Under the pieces are notes generated by a model. It was not told the DNA's origin. It saw only the letters and a program-made list of their open reading frames with translations, and did not search any database. Positions 36,266-44,781 of a DNA stretch of 64,000 nucleotides are shown here, piece by piece; within the stretch, counting starts at the first letter, position 1, and each line of letters starts with the position of its first letter. Made by a program: the position numbers and the translations under genes. The DNA comes from Oscillospiraceae bacterium (GTDB taxonomy: Bacteria > Bacillota > Clostridia > Oscillospirales > Oscillospiraceae): NCBI GenBank assembly GCA_017619535.1, contig JAFZSD010000025.1, positions 878 to 64,877 on the forward strand, in the 5' to 3' direction.

Positions 36266-37825
36266 TCAGGCCTCCTCCTCCGTGCCGATGGACTCCTTGA
36301 CCGTGACCATGATCTTGCGGTCATAGCAGGAGAATATCGAATCCACGCGTTCCATATCCGGTGCTTTCGTGAAAGCGCTCACCAGCGGGACGATTATGAA
36401 TCCGGCCAGCATGCAGAACGCGCCGGCGTTTATAGGGGACTTCAGGATCGCCGGGAAAGCGCTGCGGACGAGGACGTTTGCCAGCATCACGACGGTGGAG
36501 AATATGAAGTTCACGGTGCAGGCCGCCTTCGTCGTGCGCTTCCAGTAGAGACCGTACAGGAACGGGGCCAGGAACGCGCCGGCCAGCGCGCCCCAGGACA
36601 CGCCCATGAGCTGCGCGATGAACGATACGTTCGAGTTATACTGGAAGATCGCGATCACTGCGGAGATGACGATGAACACCGCTATGAGGATCCTGATGGA
36701 TATGAGCTGCTGCTTTTCGTCCATCTCCTTCTTGACGCTTCCCTTTATGAAGTCGAGGGTGAGCGTCGAGCTGGATGTGAGCACCAGGGACGAGAGCGTG
36801 GACATGGAGGCGGAGAGGACAAGGATAACTACTATAGCGATGAGTATCGCGGGCAAGCCGGAGAGCATGGCGGGGATAATGGCGTCGAAACCTTCTGTCG
36901 CAACGTTGACCCTGTCGCCGAAGAGCCTTCCGAAACCGCCGAGGAAGTAGCATCCGCCGGCGACTACGAACGCGAACAGCGTGGATATCACAGTGCCTTT
37001 GTTGATGGATTTCTCGCTCTTTATCGCGTAGAATTTCTGGACCATCTGCGGAAGTCCCCAGGTGCCGAGAGACGTGAGTATCATGACGCCCAGTAGGTTT
37101 ACCGGATCGGGCCCGAAGAAGGAGGCGAAGATGCCCGGAGTCTCGGAGACGGAAGTATCCGTGACCTTACCCAGAGCGTCCAGTGCCGACATGAATCCTC
37201 CCTGGCTCTTGAGGACCGCGACGATTACGGCTACGATGCCGAACAGCATTATGATGCCTTGGATGAAATCGTTGACTGCCGTCGCCATGTATCCGCCGGC
37301 GATGACATATACCGCAGTCAGCACCGCCATCGCTATGACGCACACGGAGTAGTCGATGCTGAACGCCATGCCGAACAGGCGGGAAAGGCCGTTGTAAAGA
37401 GACGCTGTATAGGGGATGAGAAAAATGAAGATTATCGCGGAGGACACGAGCTTCAGTCCTCTGGAGTCGAAACGCCTGCCGAAGAACTGGGGCATCGTGG
37501 CGGAATCGAGATGCTGGGTCATGATCCTAGTCCTGCGGCCGAGGACTACCCAGGCCAGGTAGGAACCGAGTATGGCGTTTGCTATGCCGGCCCATGTGGC
37601 CGCTATACCGTATTTCCATCCGAACTGTCCCGCGTAGCCCACGAAGACGACCGCGGAGAAGTAGGAGGTGCCGTATGCGAACGCAGTGAGCCACGGACCG
37701 ACGTTGCGTCCTCCGAGGACGAATCCGTTGACGTCTGTTGCGTGTCTGCGGCAATAGATGCCCACACCTACCATGATTCCGAAGAAAATAACGAGTATCG
37801 CGATTTTTACACCAAGACCGGACAT
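36266..37825 (-). CDS. Sodium:solute symporter (SSS) family transporter
   Basis: 519 aa, about 13 TM, N-terminal FVLGGRNVGPWLTAFAYGTSYFSAVVFVGYAG typical of the SSS family. Confidence 0.8.
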   Translation of the reverse strand: MSGLGVKIAILVIFFGIMVGVGIYCRRHATDVNGFVLGGRNVGPWLTAFAYGTSYFSAVVFVGYAGQFGWKYGIAATWAGIANAILGSYLAWVVLGRRTRIMTQHLDSATMPQFFGRRFDSRGLKLVSSAIIFIFLIPYTASLYNGLSRLFGMAFSIDYSVCVIAMAVLTAVYVIAGGYMATAVNDFIQGIIMLFGIVAVIVAVLKSQGGFMSALDALGKVTDTSVSETPGIFASFFGPDPVNLLGVMILTSLGTWGLPQMVQKFYAIKSEKSINKGTVISTLFAFVVAGGCYFLGGFGRLFGDRVNVATEGFDAIIPAMLSGLPAILIAIVVILVLSASMSTLSSLVLTSSSTLTLDFIKGSVKKEMDEKQQLISIRILIAVFIVISAVIAIFQYNSNVSFIAQLMGVSWGALAGAFLAPFLYGLYWKRTTKAACTVNFIFSTVVMLANVLVRSAFPAILKSPINAGAFCMLAGFIIVPLVSAFTKAPDMERVDSIFSCYDRKIMVTVKESIGTEEEA

Positions 37826-37849
37826 AATTGACCATGCCCCTTTCCAAAA

Positions 37850-38159
37850 AAATAAATCCTCCGGCCCGTACGGGCACAGAGGACGAAATTACTTCGTGGT
37901 ACCACCTCAGTTTACCGTGTCCTCACGGACGCGGCCTCTGGGATACTTACATATCCGCAGCGCTGTAACGGGCGCCCCCGTCTCTCTTACTCGCGCTTTT
38001 CGCGCTTTCGGATCGCAGCTCGGAAGGGTAATTCAGACACTGCGCTCTGCCGTCTTGCACCGACCGGCGGCTCTCTGAAAAAGCGATCCAGCGTCTTACT
38101 GAGTCTTCGTCATCGCGTTTCTTGTGTCGTACTTTAACACTTTAACTTGTAAAAGTCAA
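37850..38159 (-). promoter_or_regulatory. Promoter plus T-box riboswitch leader controlling the SSS transporter
   Basis: Reverse strand: TTGACT-17-TAAAGT (38159-38131); GA/K-turn GATGACGAAG; AGTAA; AGAGAG; GGTGCAAG distal loop; specifier-loop string TGAATTACC-CTTCCGAG; T-box GAGGTGGTACCACG (about 37893-37910); terminator TCCTC...GAGGA plus TTTATTTTTTT. Confidence 0.75.
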
Positions 38160-38257
38160 TAGCGTTTTTTCTAATTTTTCAGCCGTTTCCCGGACGGCGG
38201 CTATACAAAGTGCCCGAAACCGGCGCAGGTCCCGGGCTCATCCCCCGCCCTTTCGCA

Positions 38258-38286
38258 TTGCGCCGCCGGGCATAAACTGTTATAAT
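38258..38286 (+). promoter_or_regulatory. Putative promoter of the Card1-like gene
   Basis: TTGCGC-17-TATAAT with a TGT extended -10. Confidence 0.45.
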
Positions 38287-38317
38287 GGCCGCATAAGGTC
38301 ATTAAGGAGCGTCCGAC

Positions 38318-39487
38318 ATGAAGACACTTATAGAACTGTATGACGAACGGCCGGTCGAAAACGTGCTCGCGGGGGAGATCTTCCGCCCCGAGACGATCGT
38401 GTTCCTGTGCCCCACCGAAGCGGCCCAGGACAAGGTCATGCAGAGAAAGATGCGGGAGTTTTTCGCACACCGCGGCGTGAAGACCGAACTCGTGTTCCTT
38501 GAGAGCAGCATGTACTACGCCCAGAAGATAAAAAAGCAGCTCCAGACGGTCACGGAGACGTATCCCGACTGCGTCCTGGACATAACGGGCGGCACGGACG
38601 CCGCGCTCTTCGCCGGCGGCGCGCTCTGCGCCGAGACAGGCATACCCGCATTCACGTACAGCCGCAAACAGAACAAGTTTTTCGACATCCACAACGCGCC
38701 CATGGCAGAGGACCTCGAATGCAAGGTCGAATACAGCGTCGAGGACTGCTTCCTCATGGCGGGCGGAGCTCTCCGCACGGGCCGCGTGGACAACGCAGCG
38801 CTCAGCGCGTATCTGGGAGATATCGAACCGTTCTTCAATACTTATATGAAGCACCGCCGCGACTGGGTGGAGATCATAAACTACATCCAGCGCGTCTCGT
38901 ACGTCCCCAAGGACGACCCGATAACTCTCGACGTGTCCGGTGCGTATGAGGTCAAGGGCGAGCGCGGCACCCGCATAAAGGCCGACGAGCCCGCGCTGAA
39001 GGACTTCGAGGAGATAGGCTTCATAAAGGACCTGCGCTTCACGGACGACGGCGTCTCCTTCCGCTTCCGCGACGAGATGACGCGCACCTTCCTCCGCGAC
39101 GTCGGTATGGTCCTTGAGCTCTACGTATATAAGGCCTGTCTCGACAGCAGGCTGTTCGGCGACGTCGTAACCAGCGCGGTCGTCGACTGGGACAGCGACC
39201 ACATGCGTGAAGGAGTCACAAATGAGATCGACGTCATGGCGACCCGGGGCATCGTGCCGCTCTTCGTGAGCTGCAAGACCGGCGACATCAGCACCGAGGC
39301 GATAAACGAACTGGCCATACTTCGCGACCGTTTCGGCGGGAACATAGCAAAAGCCGCCATCGTCACGGCGGAGCGCTGCCGCGCCATAACCCGGCACCGG
39401 GCCTCCGAGCTCTCGATCGAGGTCATAGACATCGACGACATCTCCGATGGCCGTCTCGAATGGCACATCGTGAAGCTCATGAAATAA
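38318..39487 (+). CDS. Card1/Can2-like protein: N-terminal CARF-like Rossmann domain plus C-terminal PD-(D/E)xK nuclease (DUF1887-like), 389 aa
   Basis: Motif order parallels Card1: DITGGTDAALFA (CARF xITGGT), VGMVLELYVYKACL (cf. GGWFEEYVY), NEIDVMATRGIVPLFVSCKTGD (cf. ELDVIY...VIECKS). Confidence 0.65.
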   Translation: MKTLIELYDERPVENVLAGEIFRPETIVFLCPTEAAQDKVMQRKMREFFAHRGVKTELVFLESSMYYAQKIKKQLQTVTETYPDCVLDITGGTDAALFAGGALCAETGIPAFTYSRKQNKFFDIHNAPMAEDLECKVEYSVEDCFLMAGGALRTGRVDNAALSAYLGDIEPFFNTYMKHRRDWVEIINYIQRVSYVPKDDPITLDVSGAYEVKGERGTRIKADEPALKDFEEIGFIKDLRFTDDGVSFRFRDEMTRTFLRDVGMVLELYVYKACLDSRLFGDVVTSAVVDWDSDHMREGVTNEIDVMATRGIVPLFVSCKTGDISTEAINELAILRDRFGGNIAKAAIVTAERCRAITRHRASELSIEVIDIDDISDGRLEWHIVKLMK

Positions 39488-39507
39488 CGCAGCGTTATAA
39501 GAAAAGC

Positions 39508-39548
39508 GCCCGAAGCTGTCCGACCGGACAGCTTCGGGCATATTTTTT
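39508..39548. terminator. Bidirectional terminator
   Basis: 14-bp perfect stem GCCCGAAGCTGTCC / GGACAGCTTCGGGC followed by ATATTTTTT. Confidence 0.8.
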
Positions 39549-39567
39549 GTTTGGTTCCTGAAACAGG

Positions 39568-40320
39568 TCAGATCCACAGTTTCGCCGCCGTAATGATGAG
39601 CGCCAGCAGCAGCGAAAAAACGATCAGGTATATCCAGTCTCTCTTCTTCATGACGAGCCTGCGCATGCTGGTGCGCTTCGGAAGCGCCCGGAACGCGCGG
39701 GCCTCCATGGCCACGGACATCTGCTCGCTCCTGCGTATCGCTCCGGCGACTATGGGCACGGCCGTTTTCAGATACACCTGCAGGCGCTGTCTTACGGGCA
39801 CCTTTTTTATCCTGGTCCCGCGCATCTGAACGGCGCACATCACGTCCTGCGCCTCTTCTCTCAGGAGGGGCAGGAAATGCAGTCCGGCCATGACCATGAA
39901 CGACAGCTCGTAGGGCAGGCCCAGCTGGTTCAGGGCAAGCAGGTAGTCCCTCCGCCGGCCGGTAAGTATTATGAGCGCCGAAAGGAGCACTGTCAGAAGA
40001 CGCAGCATGACGTAAAGGGCCGCGTTGAGCCCTCCGCGGGTCACGAGCGTGAAGTTCCCTATCCGGACAAGGGGATCGCCGCTCCTGTCGAATATGCACT
40101 GGAGGATGAATACGGATATGATCAGCCCCACCGCCCCGCGCACGCGCCAGAGCGCTTTGCTCACAGGCACACCGCCCGCAGCGAGAATAAGGAGCGTGAA
40201 AACCAGGAGCATGAGCATCAGCACCGGATCTCTCGCAGCCACGGAGGCCGTGGAGATCGCGAGCATCATGAAAAGCTTTACTCTCGGGTCGAGCGTCTCG
40301 AGCTTCACTCGATCACCCAC
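39568..40320 (-). CDS. ecfT: ECF transporter transmembrane (T) component
   Basis: CbiQ/EcfT-like 250-aa membrane protein at the end of the ECF operon. Confidence 0.8.
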   Translation of the reverse strand: MGDRVKLETLDPRVKLFMMLAISTASVAARDPVLMLMLLVFTLLILAAGGVPVSKALWRVRGAVGLIISVFILQCIFDRSGDPLVRIGNFTLVTRGGLNAALYVMLRLLTVLLSALIILTGRRRDYLLALNQLGLPYELSFMVMAGLHFLPLLREEAQDVMCAVQMRGTRIKKVPVRQRLQVYLKTAVPIVAGAIRRSEQMSVAMEARAFRALPKRTSMRRLVMKKRDWIYLIVFSLLLALIITAAKLWI

Positions 40321-40937
40321 TCTCTGGTGGCGAACCTCTCGATGAAGCTCCGCTCGTGGCTGACGAACATTATGCCGCGGCCTTCCGCGCTGAGTTCCTC
40401 CAGGGCGCCGCCGAGGCTCTCCCGGGCCTCCATGTCGAGTCCGGAGGTCGGCTCGTCGAGCACTATGTACCGGGGATCCATCGCCAGCACGGCCGCGAGC
40501 ACCGCCCGCTGCTTCTCGCCCTGGCTCAGAAGGCCGGGGAACGCGTCTCTCCTGTTCTGCAGGCGGAAGAACTCTATGTATCTGTCCGCCCGCCTCTCTA
40601 TCTCCTCTTCGGGCAGGCCCATGTTCACCAGCCCGTACTTTATCTCCTCGTCCAGCGTGGCGCAGAACAGCTGCCGGGACGGATCCTGGAACACGCAGCC
40701 GACGCGTTTTCCTATCTCGAACAGGTCGAGAGGCGCGGTGTCCTCGCCGTCTATAAGGATGCGCCCGGACGACGGGCGCAGTATCCCCGTGATCAGACGC
40801 ACGAGCGTCGTCTTGCCGCAGCCGTTTCTCCCGGTCACGGCTACGCGCTCACCGGGGCGTATCTCCCCGCTGAGGCCTTTTATAAGCTCATATTCAGCTT
40901 TCGGGTACGAGAACCGTACGTCCTCAAGGCTTATCAT
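40305..40937 (-). CDS. ecfA: ECF transporter ATPase component
   Basis: Walker A GRNGCGKTT, signature LSQGEKQR, Walker B IVLDEPTSGLD. Confidence 0.85.
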   Translation of the reverse strand: MISLEDVRFSYPKAEYELIKGLSGEIRPGERVAVTGRNGCGKTTLVRLITGILRPSSGRILIDGEDTAPLDLFEIGKRVGCVFQDPSRQLFCATLDEEIKYGLVNMGLPEEEIERRADRYIEFFRLQNRRDAFPGLLSQGEKQRAVLAAVLAMDPRYIVLDEPTSGLDMEARESLGGALEELSAEGRGIMFVSHERSFIERFATREWVIE

Positions 40938-41595
40938 GGAGCTTTCCGTCCCTCAGATATAAAATGCGGTCCGCGTAGGGCGCAAGCGACAGGTCGTGCT
41001 CTACGGCGACGACGGTGCACCCGCGTTCCAGCAGCCGTTTCACGGCGTTCAGGACCAGTTCCCTGCTCTCTGCGTCGAGCCCGGTCATAGGCTCGTCCAG
41101 TACTATCACCCTCGGTCCGAGAATGAGCGTGGACGCGATCGTAACCAGCTTTTTCTGACCGCCGGACAGTTTCGCCGGATCGCTCAGCGCCATCCCGGAA
41201 AGGCCGAACTCCGCCATGGTCCCGTCCACCCGGCGTCTTATCTCCTCCGGCGGCACGCAGAGGTTCTCCAGCCCGAAAGCGAGCTCGTCCTCCACTGCCG
41301 TACAGACGAGCTGGTCGTCCGGATTCTGGAACACCAGCGCTATATGCTGCGCGCACTCATGGAGCGGAGCATGGGGAATATCTACGCCGTCGACAGTGAC
41401 GCTTCCGGAGAAGGCCACCGCCTCGGTGCGCGGCAGTATGCCGCAGAGGCAGCTGCACAGTGTGGTCTTTCCGCTGCCGGAGAGCCCCGCGAACACCAGC
41501 GCCTCGCCTTCTTCCGCCGTGAAGCTCAGCCCGTCGAGAACACGGGGACCGTCCTCATAGGCGAGCGACAGATCCTTTACCTCTATGATGTTCAC
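40924..41595 (-). CDS. ecfA: ECF transporter ATPase component
   Basis: Walker A GLSGSGKTT, signature LSGGQKK, Walker B IVLDEPMTGLD. Confidence 0.85.
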   Translation of the reverse strand: MNIIEVKDLSLAYEDGPRVLDGLSFTAEEGEALVFAGLSGSGKTTLCSCLCGILPRTEAVAFSGSVTVDGVDIPHAPLHECAQHIALVFQNPDDQLVCTAVEDELAFGLENLCVPPEEIRRRVDGTMAEFGLSGMALSDPAKLSGGQKKLVTIASTLILGPRVIVLDEPMTGLDAESRELVLNAVKRLLERGCTVVAVEHDLSLAPYADRILYLRDGKLHDKP

Positions 41596-41602
41596 GGCGT
41601 CC

Positions 41603-42112
41603 TCACCTCACTTCCAGAGCGCAGACGTATTTCGCGCTCCTGTTGCCGAACTCGTCGTCCGTCATGAGCACTCGGAAGGGTCCGCTGCCGCCGTCCTCCT
41701 GCCCGCCGAGGCCCTCGCCGTTTTTAGCGTATACCAGGAGAGCGCCGTCGCTTTCGCGGACCTCATCCGCCGGGCAGACGGATACGAACCCGTCTTCCGA
41801 CCTTATCACGACCTGAACAGCGCCGGAAAGATCCAGCCCTGCGTCTTCAAGCAGCACGCGCAGGGGCACGCCCCGGAAGACCCCCTCGTCGTTGTCGAAA
41901 CTGGCGGATACTATCTCCTTCTGGATATCGACATACGGAAGCTCTTTTATCTCCGCCATGGTATAGATCTTTTCGGTCCCGCCGCCGGAGACTGTTATCT
42001 TTCCCGGCTCCGACGCCGCGGGGCGGTTGAGCAGGGACAGTACAAGCGCGCCTGCCGCCAGAACGATCAGGACGGCGGCTGCTATCAGTATGTTTCTCTT
42101 CTTTGCAGTCAT
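41603..42112 (-). CDS. Membrane-anchored extracytoplasmic protein with a short molybdopterin-oxidoreductase-like (Oxidored_molyb-type) domain
   Basis: N-terminal TM helix. Pattern ITVSGGG..YTMAEIKELP...FRGVPLRVLLEDAGL...VVIRSEDGF...ALLVYAKNGEGL...GPFRVL follows the fold signature of that domain without an obvious Moco-binding Cys. Confidence 0.5.
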   Translation of the reverse strand: MTAKKRNILIAAAVLIVLAAGALVLSLLNRPAASEPGKITVSGGGTEKIYTMAEIKELPYVDIQKEIVSASFDNDEGVFRGVPLRVLLEDAGLDLSGAVQVVIRSEDGFVSVCPADEVRESDGALLVYAKNGEGLGGQEDGGSGPFRVLMTDDEFGNRSAKYVCALEVR

Positions 42113-42154
42113 ATCATACCACTTATTATCTGTTTATTATCTGTAATGCATCTG

Positions 42155-43117
42155 TCACCGCGTGATATACGGAACGAAAATGTCCGAAACGGCAAAGTCG
42201 CCGTGAGTGCCTTTTCTGTCTGCGTAGGCGGCATCGCCCGTGCCGTCCTGCACGTGCTGTCCGTGGTCGGATGTTATAATGACGCGTCCGTCCCATGCGG
42301 CCAGAAGCTCCCCGCACCAGGTATCGGCCGCAACGAGCGCGTCTCTCGCCTCGTCGGATACCGGGGAATACTCGTGGGACGAGTCGTCCACGCTGTGGAA
42401 ATGGACCAGCATCAGATCGCATGAGCCTGTTTGCTCCATCGCGCGTTCGAATATCTCGTCGTCTCCCGTCCCGCTGCCGTTAAGGTCGGGTGAAAGCTCA
42501 AGCTCGGCGTCCGGCAGCGCCAGGATCTGTATGTCTCCCTCGGACACGTAGGACGCAAGGCCCAGCGAAGAGGCATATGTGAAGACCGTATCGCACTCTA
42601 CCGCATGGATGCCCCGCTTCGTGACTCCGTTCTCCGCGGGCGGCCGCCCCGTGACCATTGCCGCGTAGTTCACCGGCGTTATCGTGGGATAGACGGACGC
42701 GCATATCTCAGCAGAGAGCTTTCCGATATTGGGAACCGCTCCGTCCTCCGCTGCTCGCATAAAAGCCTGCCAACCGAGGCCGTCTATGTATATGATCATC
42801 ACGCGCTCTCCCGCGTCCAGCCACTTCTCCGCCTGCAGGGCCGCGTCCATGACCGTATGCTGCGGCGGGTTCACTATGACGCCTGTGAGCGCCTCCCGGA
42901 CTTTGTAATCTTCTGCCCGGAATACGTCGCCTTTCTTCGTATATACTAGACATTCGCCTTCCACAGTGCGCGCGCTCACGTCTTTCATCTCCGTCATCGC
43001 CGACGCGTCGATGACGGTGTATGTGCCTTTCGCGCCGCAGCCGGACGTAACCAGGATAAGCAGCGCTGCCGCGGCGCATACCGCCCGCGGCAGCAGTTTT
43101 CCCGAAACGTTTCTCAC
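42155..43117 (-). CDS. Secreted/lipoprotein alkaline-phosphatase-superfamily enzyme (nucleotide pyrophosphatase/phosphodiesterase-like)
   Basis: GTG start 43117 (AGGAGG 8 nt upstream, GTGA overlap with the upstream stop). Signal LLILVTSGC. Motifs IIYIDGLGWQAF, YPTITPVNYAAMVTG, VHFHSVDDSSHEY and ITSDHGQH. Confidence 0.7.
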   Translation of the reverse strand: MRNVSGKLLPRAVCAAAALLILVTSGCGAKGTYTVIDASAMTEMKDVSARTVEGECLVYTKKGDVFRAEDYKVREALTGVIVNPPQHTVMDAALQAEKWLDAGERVMIIYIDGLGWQAFMRAAEDGAVPNIGKLSAEICASVYPTITPVNYAAMVTGRPPAENGVTKRGIHAVECDTVFTYASSLGLASYVSEGDIQILALPDAELELSPDLNGSGTGDDEIFERAMEQTGSCDLMLVHFHSVDDSSHEYSPVSDEARDALVAADTWCGELLAAWDGRVIITSDHGQHVQDGTGDAAYADRKGTHGDFAVSDIFVPYITR

Positions 43118-43668
43118 GTCTTTTTCCTCCTGATCCCGTAACGGCTCAGCGCCTCCAGAAGCAGCCAGCTGAGCACTCCTCCGACGCCGCCGGAAAACGC
43201 GGCGACGCAGAGGCTGAGAAGCATCGGTATCAGGGGAAGCGAAAAGAATACGAAGTTCACGCATACCGTGCCCGCGACGTTTGCCAGTATCCCCGCAAGT
43301 AGCGCCAGAGGCATCGAGTCGATCCCGCGGCGCAGGACCAGGAACACGAGATCCACGAGGATCCCGGGCGCGGTATAGCTCAGCAGGCTCATGGCCCCGT
43401 GAGAACCGGATACTCCCGTTATCATGACGAGGATCGCCTGCACGAGGCCGACGAGCGTCGCGGTACCGTGCTTTCCCGTGAGTCCGAAGGCCACGACCAT
43501 CCACATCATGTAGAGGCCGCCGGCCAGGGCCCCGCCGGGTATCATCAGCGGCGTGCTTATAAGATGCGCGAGGGGCACGACGACGGGCTTTATCGCTATG
43601 CCCAGCGCGGCCATCGCGGCGATCAGCACCAGATCCCGCACTGTGAATTTTCTGAAAAGACCTTTCAT
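43114..43668 (-). CDS. ECF transporter substrate-specific (S) component, substrate unknown
   Basis: 184-aa six-helix membrane protein starting MKGLFRKFTVRDLVLIAAMAALGIAIKPV. ATGA overlap with the upstream gene. Confidence 0.65.
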   Translation of the reverse strand: MKGLFRKFTVRDLVLIAAMAALGIAIKPVVVPLAHLISTPLMIPGGALAGGLYMMWMVVAFGLTGKHGTATLVGLVQAILVMITGVSGSHGAMSLLSYTAPGILVDLVFLVLRRGIDSMPLALLAGILANVAGTVCVNFVFFSLPLIPMLLSLCVAAFSGGVGGVLSWLLLEALSRYGIRRKKT

Positions 43669-44504
43669 CAGATGACCTCTATGCTCACGATCCCCCGGGT
43701 CCAGTACGTGCGGTTGTACTCGCCCTCTATCTGCTGGCCCATCACGAGGCGCAGAGCGCAGGGCGCGCCGTCCTCGCTCCACGCGAGGATCATGCTCAGC
43801 GCGGCGGAAGGATCCTGTTCATTTATATATACGGCGTCTATGGCGCTGCGGGTATGTCCCGCGGTGTATCCGTCGCCGGCGATAAACACAGCCTTGCTGA
43901 GATCCCATGCGCCCACCACCTGCTCCAGCAGGTAGCTCACGCTGATCCCGACAAAGTAGTATGTGGCCTCCTGGGGCTCTTTGCCGCGGGAGAAGTAGTC
44001 GGCGCCGACCGTGCCGCCCAGTTCCATCAGATCGGCCAGAGAGAAGTACCAGTCGTGCGACAGCGACGCTCCGTATACGGTGAGTATCGTGTCGCCGGAA
44101 AGCTCCGAATACGGCTCCGGCTCCGGCTCGGGTTCCGGTTCCGGTTCGGGCGCCGGTTCCGGTTCATTCTCGGGTTCGGGCGTCGGTTCCGGTTCATCCT
44201 GCTTCTGTTCCGGCTGTTTCTCCGGTTCAGGCTCAGCCTCTTTTTCCGGCTCTTTCTGATCTTCGGGCTCCGGCTCCGGCTGCTCCGGCTTTTCCGCCGG
44301 TTCCTCCTCCGCCTTTTCGGGAGTTGTCTGCTCCGGCACGGTCTCCGCCGTGCCGGCATCGGCGTCTTTCTCCGGCGTTACAGCCGCGGACTGTTCATGC
44401 TGCGCAGGCGCGTCCGGCGCCGTTTCGCCGGCAGGCGTCTGCGAACCGCACGCCGCTATTAGCAGCAGAGCGGCCGCAAGAATTATCGTCAGGAGTTTTT
44501 TCAT
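43668..44504 (-). CDS. Lipoprotein: long Glu/Pro-rich linker plus C-terminal Oxidored_molyb-like domain
   Basis: MKKLLTIILAAALLLIAAC lipobox. (EP)n and PEKE repeats. The C-terminal ~130 aa are paralogous in pattern to 41603..42112. Confidence 0.6.
   Translation of the reverse strand: MKKLLTIILAAALLLIAACGSQTPAGETAPDAPAQHEQSAAVTPEKDADAGTAETVPEQTTPEKAEEEPAEKPEQPEPEPEDQKEPEKEAEPEPEKQPEQKQDEPEPTPEPENEPEPAPEPEPEPEPEPEPYSELSGDTILTVYGASLSHDWYFSLADLMELGGTVGADYFSRGKEPQEATYYFVGISVSYLLEQVVGAWDLSKAVFIAGDGYTAGHTRSAIDAVYINEQDPSAALSMILAWSEDGAPCALRLVMGQQIEGEYNRTYWTRGIVSIEVI
44095..44300 (-). repeat. Low-complexity coding repeat (CCGGYTC-type units) encoding the EP/EPEK linker
   Basis: ccggctccggctccggctcgggttccggttccggttcgggcgccggttccggttc... 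translates on the minus strand to EPEPEPEPEPEPEP and EKPEQPEPEPEDQKEPEKEAEPEPEK. Confidence 0.85.
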
Positions 44505-44609
44505 TCCATTCAGCCCCGATGCAAAAACGTTCCGGCAAAAACTTTCCTGCCGCCCGTCGGAATACCGCCGTCGGACCGGAAGGCACATATGCCCGTTTGC
44601 CTGCGTCAG

Positions 44610-44637
44610 TATATATTTTATATAATATGTTTGTCAA
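44610..44637 (-). promoter_or_regulatory. Putative promoter of the ECF operon
   Basis: Reverse strand TTGACA-16-TATATA, about 105 nt upstream of ATG 44504. Confidence 0.5.
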
Positions 44638-44781
44638 AGCTGTCATGGTACCTTCGAATTGTTCTCTGCACAACAATTCCCTCCGTTTCCGCGTTCATTG
44701 CGATTTTTGTGAAAAAAAGCATGACATACGGCGGAATTTGCCGTATACTTGGTACATTGATCTTACCAGGAGGCGACAGAT

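Noticed and set aside
38201-40099. 632-aa minus-strand ORF spanning the Card1-like gene and part of ecfT
   Set aside because: It crosses a strong bidirectional terminator (39508-39548), is antisense to one motif-bearing gene and out of frame with another, and has a low-complexity composition.
44095-44300. Short-period nucleotide repeats that could be mistaken for a CRISPR-like or satellite array
   Set aside because: There are no spacers of unique sequence. The repeats are in frame within a lipoprotein gene and encode an (EP)n / EPEK low-complexity linker.
44505-44609. ~105-nt GC-rich leader between the ECF-operon promoter and its first gene, considered as a riboswitch
   Set aside because: I could not match it to any riboswitch class I know, and there is no clear terminator or anti-terminator. 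It is left as something to test within the ECF finding.
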